A stretch of 64,000 bases of DNA from an uncultured Methanosarcinaceae archaeon (GTDB lineage: Archaea; Halobacteriota; Methanosarcinia; Methanosarcinales; Methanosarcinaceae): assembly GCA_963847185.1 (NCBI GenBank), contig CAWJYV010000008.1, forward strand, positions 992,001 through 1,056,000. The letters run 5' to 3'. The notes under the pieces were generated by a model, which did not search any database, had not been told where the DNA came from, and worked only from the letters and a program-made list of their open reading frames with translations. The number at the start of each line of letters is the position of its first letter. Position 1 is the stretch's first letter. A program made the position numbers and the translations under genes. Below are positions 51,517 through 63,276 of this stretch, one piece after another.

Positions 51517-53845
51517 ATGTCCAGACAGGCAATAGATACTGCTATTCGAATTTTAAACATTATCCCTTCCCTGATTGAAAAAGAAGATTACATTCAGGCT
51601 TTTGAAAAGGCCGACAAAGCCCAGAAGCTTGCGGAAAAAGCAAATGTTCCGGACCTCGTTAGCTGGGCGCTGATGGCAAAGGGTGAGATCCTTGACGCTT
51701 CCTGCAGGCTGGAGGAAGCTGTGGAGACTTATGAGAAGGCTCTGGATCTTTCCTCAGATCTGTTTTTCGAAGATATGGAAAAGACCAGCCACCAGGAAAT
51801 CCTGTACAGTAACATCGACCAGCTTGGAAAAACGCTTGAAGAATTAGACAGCGTTGCAAAAGCCCGGCAGGCTTGCAAAAAGGCCGGGAAAATTTTTGAA
51901 AAAATTCATACCGCGTATAAAAATCTGCTCTCAAAGAACCCTGAAAATTCGGAATATCTCTCCAATTACCTGAAAACAATGGAAAATATCTGGGTATGTT
52001 ATAATATAGCAGAAGACCTTGAAAAACAAATTACTCTTGTACCGGACATCGTGAAGAACTGTGAAAAAATAATTGAATCAGACCCGGAAGATGTGGAAAA
52101 TTACCTCAGGATGGACAATATTGTAAGAAGGACTGGAGAAGCTTGCCTGGAAAAAGGACTATTCGAAGAGGCAAAAAACACTTACGAACAGGTGTATGCT
52201 GTTTATAAAAATATCTACGAAAAATATCCGGAAAACAAACTTGCCCTTAATTTCCTGCTTTTCTCTCACGACTATTTAGGGAAACTTTATGCAAAAACTG
52301 AAGAAATTGATAAAGTTAAATACTACTATTCAGTGGCCCTTGAACTTGCTGAAGAGCACCTCCAAAAAGATCCTGAAGACTTTTCAATTATCATGAACCA
52401 GGGAAAAATTTACCGGGACATGGGGACTTTATATTCCGATTCAGAAGAGTTAGAAAAGGCAGAATTCTACTACGAAAAAGCCCTGGAAAATAATACTAAA
52501 CTTATCGGAAAGCGTCCTGAAGATCCGGGGTACAGCTACCGCCTTGTCGAGATATTTGACGAGCTTGCTGAAAATTTCATGGATATTTCCATTGTGGAAA
52601 AAGCAAAGGAATGCTATATGAAGGAAATAGAAATCTATGAATCTCTGATAGAATCTGAAATTGATGAGGTGGATAATGAGCTGAATATAGCCGAGACATT
52701 TGCCCACATTGCTAATCTCTATGCTGAAAATGATGATCCGGAAAGTGCAAAAGAGTACTATGAAAAAGAAATGGAGATATACAAAAAGCTTCTTTCCGAA
52801 TCCCCAGAAGAAACGGATTATGAACTCTATATTGCAGAAACCTTCAATGAACTTGGAGATCTTTATTTCGGAGATGATGAAATTTCTGCACTGCAGTACT
52901 ACGAAAAAGCTCTTGAAATTACTGGTAAAGCAGTAGAACGGGCTCCGGAAGACTTTCTCTCCCTATCGGATCATATTAAAACCCTAATGAATATTGCAGA
53001 GCTGAATAAGATCCATAAGCATTATGAAGACCTCAATTCTTTTTCAGCAGCGTGTACTCGAATTCCAACTTGAGATTACAAAAAGATTTCCAAAGGACTG
53101 GACCCATATACGTGACCTTGGAAATACCTTCAGCGAACTCGGAGTTCTTTTCGAAAATGTTGGCGATTTGAAGCAGGCAAAGCGTTTTCATTTAAATGCC
53201 GTAGAGACGTTTTCAGAAGTCATGTTTGGCAGGGAAAGTTCTTCCACAAGAAGACGCATGGCTACTGAAGTTCAGCTGCGTGGTTTTGGCTACCTGCGTT
53301 CCAAAAAATATCTGAGTGCCGAACCCTACCTGAGACTTGCCCATAAATACTACGAAGAAGCCTGTGAAGAGGAACCCGAGAATTCCCGCAATCTTAATGG
53401 CCTCTTTTCTGCCCTTTATGATATAGGTCTCCTGCATCATGGAATGGAAAACTTCGAAGAAGCCATTGAAAGCTACAAAGCCGCATTTTTAGTCCTTGAA
53501 AGGTTGACTGAAGCTTCTCCTGAAGAATCAGAATTGAAGGCTAAGAAACTGGACCTGTATGTAGGGTTTGGGGTATCTTATTCTGCCCTTAAAGAGTTCG
53601 AAAAGTCAAAAGATGCCTTTGAAAAAGCCCTTGCCATAAATACAGAACTCCGTGAAAAAGAACCTGAAAGCGTTTATCACCTTGAAGATAAAGCCAAAAT
53701 TTTAAAAGAATATGCAAACCTGCTCCTTAAAACAGGCAAAACTGCAGAAGCCGAAGCGTATAAAGCAGAGTCTGCAGATCTATACAAAGAAGTCGATGCT
53801 AAGGACCCAATCCTCATGAAATTCCGAAACATAGATGATATTTAA
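51517..53845 (+). pseudogene. Large TPR-repeat protein with +1 frameshift at ~53031
   Basis: Many A..YYEKALE TPR units; removing one C fuses ORFs 51517-53073 and 53024-53845. Confidence 0.8.
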
Positions 53846-53885
53846 GGTAAAATGATATTTAAGGTAAATAAGCATCAGGATGTTT

Positions 53886-54066
53886 TTACATCCTTTCTTT
53901 TCTTTTTTCCTGTTCAACTCCAAGGTAAAGCTCGGTAGCTTCTTTAATTTTACTCTTTAATTCATCAAGTGTCTTTACCTGCATGTAACATCCCGGAAGC
54001 TCAGGTACAGAAGCTACATAAACTTTCTTTGTCCTGTTCAATGATAATAGTGAACTCTTTTATTAT
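53886..54066 (-). pseudogene. HicB-family antitoxin remnant
   Basis: KEFTIIIEQD / VYVASVPELPGCYMQVKTLDELKSKIKEATELYL; frameshifted, no canonical start, no adjacent hicA. Confidence 0.75.
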
Positions 54067-54234
54067 AAATTTCTGACTTGCTGATATTTTCTGAATAAAA
54101 TCCTACTGATTTATTTGTGAGATTGTCTATATACGTGGAGAGTAACTTATTGTTTTTCTAACAACAATAAGGATATTGGAAAGATATTGAAAAATATAGT
54201 CCTGGGAAAAATATTTTTTAAAGTAGTGATATTA

Positions 54235-55386
54235 ATGGTAAATTATTGGTTGGATTTATTTACGGGAGTTACTTGGGAAGACTTTCGAAGAGCAGGTGCA
54301 AATGTTAGTGGATTTCGGGAAAATCGTAAGAAAACAATTAATAAAGTAAAGGAAGGAGACATCCTTCTTTGCTATACTACGGGTATTATGCATTGGGTTG
54401 GAGCACTAGAAGTTATTGGCCCTAGCACTGATACTCGAAAAATTTGGAATTTAGAGGATAAATCTGAAACTTTAGAATTTCCTTCAAGGTTAGACGTAAA
54501 GCCAATAATCATACTTGATCCTGAATATGGTGTACCTATGGCTGAATTGGAAGGCAAAGTTAGTTTTTATCAGGATCCTACCGATCGCCTTAAAGGTTTT
54601 AAAGGATTTATCAGGGGAAGTCTTGGTAAATTTGGAACAGAAGATGGAGATCTTATCTTTAAGCTCTTAAGAGAGGCGGAAGAAAAACCTCAGAAGAAAC
54701 AAATAGACCCTAAAAAATGGAAAAAGGTTCCATTATATAAAACCAAACAGGGCGAACTTGACAGAGTTGTAAGTGTTCCTGATTCACAAGATGAGATTAA
54801 TAATGAAGAAACAATTAGTAAGCATAAAGTATCAGATCCCACAGAACATACCGAGATTCAATATTATCTGCTGGATTTAGGCTCAAAAATGGGCTTGAAT
54901 GTACGGGCTGCAACAAATGATTTTTCTAAAGAATTCAATGGTATTAGTTTTGCATCAATACCAAATACTATCTCAGAATTACCACTGCAATTTAATGAAG
55001 CTACCCAAAAAACAATCGAATTAATAGATGTTCTTTGGTTAAAAGGAAATACAATCGTTGCGGCCTTTGAGATTGAGTATTCAACATCCATATATTCAGG
55101 CCTTCTAAGAATGAGTGATTTAATTGCCCTTCAACCAAATCTGGATATAAAATTATACTTAGTTGCTCCCGATGCTCGAGGAGATAAAGTTAGAAGAGAA
55201 ATACTGAGACCCACCTTTGAGTATTTACAAAAGCCACTTTCGAAGACATGTGGTTTTATTCCATTCTCAGATTTGAAGGATAAAGCATCAAAAATTAAAG
55301 CTTTAGGTATTGCTCCTCATCTGAGTCCAAACTTTTTGGATGGAGTAGCTGAATACTTTTCCATAGAAAGTGAGTATCAGGAATAA
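54235..55386 (+). CDS. EVE-domain plus PD-(D/E)XK-like nuclease (candidate modification-dependent restriction enzyme)
   Basis: NYWL…W…GF…VKEGDILLCY EVE pattern; C-terminal HTEIQ…IDVLW…AFEIE.STSIYSGLLRM. Confidence 0.7.
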   Translation: MVNYWLDLFTGVTWEDFRRAGANVSGFRENRKKTINKVKEGDILLCYTTGIMHWVGALEVIGPSTDTRKIWNLEDKSETLEFPSRLDVKPIIILDPEYGVPMAELEGKVSFYQDPTDRLKGFKGFIRGSLGKFGTEDGDLIFKLLREAEEKPQKKQIDPKKWKKVPLYKTKQGELDRVVSVPDSQDEINNEETISKHKVSDPTEHTEIQYYLLDLGSKMGLNVRAATNDFSKEFNGISFASIPNTISELPLQFNEATQKTIELIDVLWLKGNTIVAAFEIEYSTSIYSGLLRMSDLIALQPNLDIKLYLVAPDARGDKVRREILRPTFEYLQKPLSKTCGFIPFSDLKDKASKIKALGIAPHLSPNFLDGVAEYFSIESEYQE

Positions 55387-55505
55387 TTAAATGCCGGTTT
55401 TACGGAGATTAACGATAGAGGTAGCAGCTAAAAATGAAATAAATGTAAAAATTCCCAAAATCATAAAAACCCTCAAATAAAACTCAGGGTCACATTTTTT
55501 CCATA

Positions 55506-58500
55506 TTATTTCAATAAGTTCTTCACCCGAATCCCCGTTAATCTGCAAACTCCATAACTTAATTCAATTTCAAATTCTCTTTCTTCCCCATTTTGCTTGC
55601 AGAAATCCACCAGATTGAGCATATGGTTAAACCCATCAGCTGCTTTTTTATTCTGAAGGATCTCTAAGGGTGGTTCCAGTAATGGGCGCGGTAAAAAGAC
55701 TATGCATTTGGATTTTGCCCTGGTAATCGATACATTCAGCCTGTTCAAACTGTAAATGAACTCTGCTTCATTCATTGCTGTGTCAGTATCGCTGACTCCG
55801 TAGCTTACTATGACAGCGTCTGCTTCCTGACCCTGAGTTTTATCAACCGTATCTACAAAGGGGCTTTGATGCCAGGTTCTTAACTTACTGAGATGGCTCT
55901 GGATTGTGCGGATCTGGGCACGGTGGGGGCTGACAATAAAGAGATTGTTTTTCCAGAAGGCAGAATCTCCCTCTTCGTTATCAGGGTATTTTTTATGCGT
56001 TTCTCCCCGGAGCAAATGTTCTCTTAAGTGTACTGCAAGTTTTGCAACAAGTTCGGCTTCTATTTCGTTTTCTACTGTCGCCTGAGTGTTTTCAAGAATA
56101 ATTACACTTAAAGAGTAGTCCGGATCAAGAATCCAGTTTATTAATTCTGCCTCTAATCCCGCTTCTATTTCTACTTCCGTTTCCGGCAAAATTTCATTGT
56201 TTGAAGGCAGGAGTTTAAGTTTTTGATTTGCAATCTCTTCTGTTGCCGGTTTATACCCTTCTCCGTAAAGGGTTGTTGAAGAGAAGCTGGATAGATGTTT
56301 CGTTCATTCTCCAGTTTTCAAGAAGCTGGCAGGTATATTTCGGATTCTCAGCATCATCTCTATGTCGCAGGTATGAGAATATCGAGTCATATAAGCCAGG
56401 GAGGCCGTCTTCTGTTTCCGGATAATCTCCTGCGATAATCGGAGGCAGCTGGAGATCGTCACCGGCTAAAACGAGTCTTTTTCCTTCCTCTAAAATTGAC
56501 ATTCCGAGAGCTAATTCTGCGGGTTTCATCTGAGAGGCTTCGTCAACAATAAGGATGTCAAAAGGATTCATTTTTCTCCTTATTTTGTTGAAACTGTTGA
56601 CAGTACCGCCCAGAATAAGGAAAGGAGAATCTAACTTGTCCTGAATTTCGTATTCTGACTGGACTCTTAAAAGTTGCTGCCCTTTGCCTGTTTTTATGTC
56701 TTTTAGCTTGTAGATCTCAAGTCCGTTGCCAAATTTCCACTCTTGGGAGAGCTCCTGGATTTTTATAAGGAGATTTTCGATTGCAGAATGCGTAAAGGCT
56801 GTAACAGCAATATGGATCTTTTCTCTCCTTTCCATTTTGGCTTTTACAAAGTTGAGAATTGCTCTGGCAAGGAAGTAAGTCTTTCCTGTGCCTGGAGGTC
56901 CCCAGATAAGGGTCAGTCTATTATTTACCATGTGCTCAAAAGCTCTTTTCTGGCTTTCCGTAAAACCGGATTCAAGAGCATATTTTTGGGCAATTTCGAA
57001 AAAGGAATTTGAAGAAGAATTGGAACGGGAACTAGATTCCCTGATTGGGACTGCAAATTCATGAGGATTTCGGAGAAGGCGGATAAAATCGTGTTCAAGC
57101 TGCTCATCCATTTCTGTGAGCCTGTCAAATATTCTTTCCGAGGAAAAATCAGTAAATCTGGGATGAAGTACAGCTTCGTCTCCTGTTTTAAAAGGTTGCT
57201 GCCCTTCGTTGTATGAAATTTCAAGGAAAAAACCCATTAATTTTCCGGTTTTTTCGTTCTCTATTTTCTTGTTTACAATGGCAAAACATACATTGCTCTG
57301 GCCTGGGTTCCTGAGATTTGTCCTGTACCTGTAATCTTCAAAAGTAAGCTGGGCTTTTTCACCTGCTTCCCCTTTTGGTACAAGAAGGTAACTGATATTT
57401 TCATTTTGCTCAAATAGTCTGAAGTCAACGTCTGCAGATACTTTCCATAAATTTTGCTCCAAATATTGTATAGGGATACTGATTCCTTCTTTTACTCTTG
57501 TATCCCAGGGCAGACTGCGTTTTTCACGAATTTCCATATTCCTCAGGTAGGATTCATATCTGGTAATGAAAATCATCTGAGAAATTTCAGGATAATTATA
57601 TTTTTTAGACGCAGGAATCTGGAATTTGGGGGCCCAGGAGACTAAATAATTCTCAGTTTTAGCGCGAAGCCCTTCCAGTACGCTGCTTGTGGCTAAAAGC
57701 CTCATTGAGAGTTCTTTTCTGATCCAGTCGATGGCTTCAATTCTATTACTTTCCCAGGCCATTGAAATTGCATCGCTTTTAAGCGCATTGCTTTGCTCAA
57801 ACCAGAATAAGCTGTTCGGATTAATTTTGAAGTCTAAATTCGGATTTGGCAAAGCTTCTACTACTTCCGGAAGCCTTAGAGAAAAAGGAATAGGTAAACT
57901 TACAAGCTTTTGGATTTCATTAGTCAGCACAACTATCGGAAAAGAAGCCCTGGAAAGAGGGTGCTGCTTTTCATTAAATAAAGAGGGATCCTGGAAGTAG
58001 AATAGTAAATCTAATGCGACTGCTGCCAGCCCGACATCTTTAACGGACTCTCGTAACAGTTCTTTTAATAAGTCAAGCTCGTAGCTGTCATAAACATATA
58101 TCTGAAGAGATTTTTGCTCCTTCCATTCAAGATTGCCATCATACATTTCATTATATTCGTGCAGTATTTTTAGCTCCCCAAATAGATCAAGCAGGAAACT
58201 CTTTTGAATTTCCGTACATTTTTCAGGACTTTCAGCTACGTAGATTCGTTCATTTACTGCATCTCCGTAAACTGATTTACCCTTAAACCGCCTGAAGCCG
58301 GCTGAATAGATCTGGCCTGAAACAGGCTCTTTCTGGAGGGTAATAAAGAGGCTTACATCTTCGTTTTTAGGTAACGCAAGTGAAGTCCTTTTATTGATTA
58401 CAACTTCTTTTTCTCTCAGAGCTCTTAATATATTACGTAAGGAATCTCCTTTATTTCGCAAAGATCCACAATTGCTTAAGACATCATCCGAGTTCTGATT

Positions 58501-59442
58501 ATTGAGAAAAACTTCCAGTTCGGAGAGAGAGTTTATTGAAGTTTGATTGCTTATTGAAGTTTGATTATTTATTGAAATCTGATTGTTTATTGAAGTCTGG
58601 TTCTCCCATTCTGCCCCTCTCAAGTATTTTCTTCCGCTAACCGAAAGGTAGGGAATAAGAGAAACAGAATATGACTCCTCAGCCTCTTTTCTACAATACT
58701 GGTAAAAATCACATAGCTCACAACGGCTATAAACATGCCATGGGACACTTTCAAGAGGAGATTCAAGGATTTTAGGTAACCGATAATGCAAAAATTCTTC
58801 AATTATCTTGGAATTGAAACTCAAATTGAATAATTCGGGTTCTTCCTGCCCATTAAGCCAGATTCCAGCCTGGTTTAAGTCCACCTGGATATCAATATAA
58901 TTTTTTGCCAGCACATCATTCAGCATCAGGGCATATAACGTAGCCTGGATTCTGTGGCTTGAACTTAATTCATCACTGGCCTTTACATCAATTATCTGTA
59001 AGCAGATGTCTCCCTGTTCCTTCTCTACAACCCGGACTAAATCAGGCCTGCAGGCGGAAAATCTGCATATTTCGGGAGATAAATGATAGTTTTGATAGAA
59101 CTGAGGTGAAACTAAAATTGTAGGCTGATAAACTGAATCTCCAGTCTTTAGTTTTCTGAATATTTCCAGGCTTGCCTCTATAGAATGTGATCTTTCATGA
59201 AGAGCCTCTTGTCCTGCAGGAATTATTACATTGCTTTTCAGTTTATTGAGAATTACGGACTCTTCCCATTTATTTCCTGCATCTAAGAGGGCTTTTGTAA
59301 CCGGATTTTGATTTTGATTTACAACCGGAACTCCTATTTTACTACGCGCCTGTAAAGGAGTAGCATTAAATCGAAGATAGCGTTCACAATTGTGATAAAA
59401 AAATCTGGCTATTAACGAGGGACTTAGATTGTGTTTTACCAT
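55506..59442 (-). pseudogene. Dna2-like Cas4/RecB nuclease plus SF1 (UPF1-like) helicase with +1 frameshift at ~56295
   Basis: CERYL, RPDL…IIDVKAS, H.IQ..LY, CELCDFYQYC; GPPGTGKT, DEASQ, GDDLQLPP, NWRMN, TVDKTQGQE, RLNVSITRAK; NQTSIN 18-bp repeat at ~58530-58600. Confidence 0.82.
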
Positions 59443-59900
59443 TTAACCACTGAAGATCAATAATAATTACTTAAAAAATATACTTGCAAGTTAGATACGA
59501 ATAACAGTCATGATTTATAATAATTGGCATTTACTTCTGGACTGTAAAATAAAAACTAATTGATCCAAGCAGAGCCTGATTTATCTGGCGAAATCTATTA
59601 GCAAGCAACTTAGCAAGCATAACTTTACAAAAAATGAGAAACAATCTGATTATTCACGATCAACCTGCTGCCTGAAATATAAAAGATAAGTCTTAAAAAC
59701 CAACCTCTATAAATCAGTTATATCTCTTTTCTGCCGGTCGGTTGGGAATTGATCAAAGAAGAGAAGACTAAAAACAAAAACAGAGATTTAATATGTCTTC
59801 TTGAGTGAAGCTTTTTTTGAAGCTATAATTTCAGGTGACAGGATAAACAACGTTTAATCAAGAACCATGAATGTCAATAATTTGAATATATACTTCACTT

Positions 59901-60985
59901 TAGTACTTACGCGGTTGAAGCACTTTTGTAAATCATATTAAAATACTTCTTTCAATATAATATATGTAATATAATCAAAAGAAATCTTTGAGTTGAATGA
60001 ATAAATCCGGCTAAATGCACTGAACTTGATTACATCAACTTTCTCATTGCTTCTTCTCGAGTCTTCAGCTGTACTGAAGCTTCTAAGTGCAGTTTTATAG
60101 ACTCCACTAGTCCAGCCCATGACTCTTTTTCTCGTCTTCTTCTAAGGCAGCCTCCGGACACGGAGGCTTTATGGGAAGAAGTCAATGATTTTGTCATTCC
60201 TGACACTGGATTTCTTATTATCGATGATACCGTTCTTGATAAACCTTATTCCAAACACATTGATCTTGTCTACAGGCAATGGAGTGGTAAACATCATCAG
60301 ATTGTAAATGGGATTAATCTTGAAACCGTTGTCTGGACATATAATGATGCTATAATCCCTGTTGACTTTAGAATTTACGATATAGATACTGATGGAAAAA
60401 CAAAAAATGATCACTTCCTTGATATGCTAAATAAGGCAGAAGAACGCGGTTTTAGACCCGAATTTGTTCTGTTTGATACATGGTATTCAAGCATAAAGAA
60501 TCTCAAAGAAATCAGGAAAAAAGGATGGCACTGGTTAACAAGGTTGAAGAAAAACCGGTTAGTTAACCCTAATAAGACTGGTAATGTAGCAATTGAATTG
60601 TTAACTATTCCACCAGAAGGAATTACGGTTCATCTGAAAGAATACGGCTTTATTAAGGTATTTCGGATAGTTTCCAAAGAAGGAGACACGCAATACTGGG
60701 CTACAGATGTACTGGATATGAAGGAAGAAAAAAGGAAAGAGTTGGGGAAAAAAGCCTGGAAAATTGAAGAGTATCATAGAGGAATAAAACAGTTTTGTGG
60801 AGTAGAACGCTGTCAGGCAAGAAGAAACAATGTGCAAAGAGCACACATTATGATGGCGATAAGAGCATTTCTAAGATTTGAAATCCAAAGAATAAAAACA
60901 GGGATTACATGGTTTGAACAAAGAGGAACATTACAAGAAATGCTGTTAATCAATTTATAAGAAACCCAATATATACTTTGGATTA
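59901..60985 (+). mobile_element. Defective IS701-family element
   Basis: Open frame from ATA 60001 (NPAKCTELDYINFLIA…IIDDTVLDKPY…FDTWY…WKIEEYHRGIKQ); 1-bp deletion near 60918; left-end-like TAGTACTTACGCGGTTG at 59901; no matching right end seen. Confidence 0.8.
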
Positions 60986-61561
60986 AAACTTGAGAAAATT
61001 AAAAAGTTGCCTGCAAGGCAGGCAAATGTACAGATTTTGTAAAAAATAGATATTTTATTTTTGACTCCTGGGAGCATACATTTTTAAATAATCCTCTTTT
61101 ATCTATATCAATCAGAGGTTATATTAGCAAGAGATTCGAACTACCGTGCACTACCGGATAAAAGCGGTTCTGACCGATTTGTTTATATATGGAAATGATA
61201 TGTATAGTGAGCCATTAACTAGTTATAAGCCGCTAATTTCTGAGAATTTCTGGCCATTTTCGGGATCATACTTTTGATTATCAGGAGCCTGTAGCTGCTG
61301 GCATATAGGGGATGTATCCAATTTTTGGAACAGAGGCTCGGGAATTTTATATGGGAACAGAATAAAGTGCTGAAAGCTCAAACTTTGCCGGGCAGCGCAA
61401 AATCTGTGCAGAGGCAATGAACGATCATTCACGCTCATCGATTAAGGAAAAGCCCATTAGGGCATCCGAAAAGCAGACCCTGAGCGGCCTGAGGGCCGCA
61501 GACCAAATACAATAGCATATAAAGAACTATTCTAAATTGAATATCATTTTGGAGGAATCAC

Positions 61562-62185
61562 TTGGCAAGAAAGAAAGTACAAAGAAAAGTTGACGGATGG
61601 AAATCTAAGGAATGGTATAATATCGAAGCTCCTGTCTACTTAAACAGAGCTTCTGTCGGCAACACCATTGCAGGCGACCCGTCCCTGCTCATTGGTCGCA
61701 ATGTTGAAACCACTGTTGGGGAACTCACCAACGATATGACCAAGAACAATACAAAGGTCATTCTCAGGATCAACAATGTTGTGGGAGACACAGCAACAAC
61801 AGACCTTATTGGCCATGAACTCACAACCGACTATGTCCGTTCAATTGTAAAGAGGCAGACATCCAGGATCGATGCCAATATTGATGTAAAAACCAAAGAC
61901 GGATATACTATTCGTGTAAAACCCACCTGCTTTACCATCAAGAGGGCACGCTCAAGCCAGATAAAAGCCATCAGGGAAATGATGGTTGGAATCGTCAAAA
62001 AGCACGCCTCAGACTCCGATTTCGAGACTTTCATGCAGGAAGCAATCCTTGGCAGGCTCTCAGCAGCCATTTACAGACAGGCCAAATTCATCTACCCGCT
62101 CCGCAGAGTAGAAATCAGGAAAACCCAGGTTGAAGCTGCGCCGAAAGTTGCGCCCGCACTTGCAGCAAGCATAACTTCATTTTGA
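61562..62185 (+). CDS. rps3ae: 30S ribosomal protein S3Ae (eS1)
   Basis: [43 protein letters not shown]; GGAGG RBS with TTG start. Confidence 0.96.
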   Translation: MARKKVQRKVDGWKSKEWYNIEAPVYLNRASVGNTIAGDPSLLIGRNVETTVGELTNDMTKNNTKVILRINNVVGDTATTDLIGHELTTDYVRSIVKRQTSRIDANIDVKTKDGYTIRVKPTCFTIKRARSSQIKAIREMMVGIVKKHASDSDFETFMQEAILGRLSAAIYRQAKFIYPLRRVEIRKTQVEAAPKVAPALAASITSF

Positions 62186-62205
62186 GTTAAAAATTATAAG
62201 CAGGG

Positions 62206-62240
62206 GAAAATCCGAAAGGATTTTCTTATCTCTCTTTTAA
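62206..62240 (+). terminator. Hairpin after rps3ae
   Basis: GAAAATCC-GAAA-GGATTTTC followed by a pyrimidine tract. Confidence 0.6.
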
Positions 62241-62432
62241 AAATGTAGTTTTTGTTTTAATCTATTTATTCATTGGATTGCTTATTCATCTGAGTTTGCT
62301 CCTATCTGGATTGAGTCATTTTTTGAGTTTGTACCCGTCTGGATTTAGTTACTTTTTGAGGCCTGGTTGTTTCTTTAGATTACTACCTATTTTAGATTGC
62401 CTTCTTTTACCCGAGGGATTCTGGAACTATTA

Positions 62433-62708
62433 TCATTTTTTAGATCTAGCCAACGCATAATCTGCATAAATTTTCAAAAACTCCCTATCAGTTTGCAGGA
62501 GAACAGTTTCAAACATAGCTACGTGAATTTTTTCTTTCCTGGCGATGTCAAGCAGAATTTTACGAATTTCCTCGTTTTTCGTCAAATTTGCCATCTGTTC
62601 ATAGATATTGACAGCATCCAGTTCTGCAATCATCGCGACTCTGAGGATTTCCTTATCCAAGTCTTCAGGTTTCGTATTCTTAAGATCTGCAAGTACTTTT
62701 GAGAACAG
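62433..62708 (-). CDS. Small ferritin-like/rubrerythrin-family protein, apparent CTG start
   Basis: ILRVAMIAELDAVNIYEQMA…LDIARKEKIHV; frame stays open to CTG 62708, just after a GGGGGAG RBS. Confidence 0.75.
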   Translation of the reverse strand: MFSKVLADLKNTKPEDLDKEILRVAMIAELDAVNIYEQMANLTKNEEIRKILLDIARKEKIHVAMFETVLLQTDREFLKIYADYALARSKK

Positions 62709-63276
62709 GCTTCTCCCCCCATAAATGCCTTGATAAGATATTGAAAGGCAAAAGTAATATTTTTTTCGATAGGAGATATAATTATGAAAAGATTAAAACT
62801 GAGGAAGTTAAATATGAAGTTGTCAAGAAAGGAATCTAAAAAAGTTCAATAAGAAAGCACAATAAAAAATTAGCTAAAAATTAGATTGAAAAAAATTATA
62901 CATAGAAACTATTATGCTTAAAACTTAAATATTCAAAATAATTAATAAATAATATCAAAATAAATGAACAATAAATGAACAAAACGGATTTATCTTTTCA
63001 AATAAAATTATACTTTTTTTAAAATATTTGACCATAAAATATGGTGAAAAAATGGTCTTTTACCAATTTAAAGGATAAATTAACTTAATTGACATCATTT
63101 TAAAAGAAAAACAAATTAATTATATTAGTTTAGACATAAATATAATTGGAAAAAGACTTATATATAAAATTTACAAATATCATAACAATAAACATAATTA
63201 TACATTTTCATGTCCCAGCCTGGGCTGGAGACCGCATCTGCATTTAGCAAAAAGCCAACTCCTGAGGCTGGAAAAC

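Noticed and set aside
61130-61160. Possible attR copy of the tRNA-Leu 3' end (GATTCGAACT…)
   Set aside because: Only TTCGAA matches; the following bases differ from TCCCATCCCTCGCA
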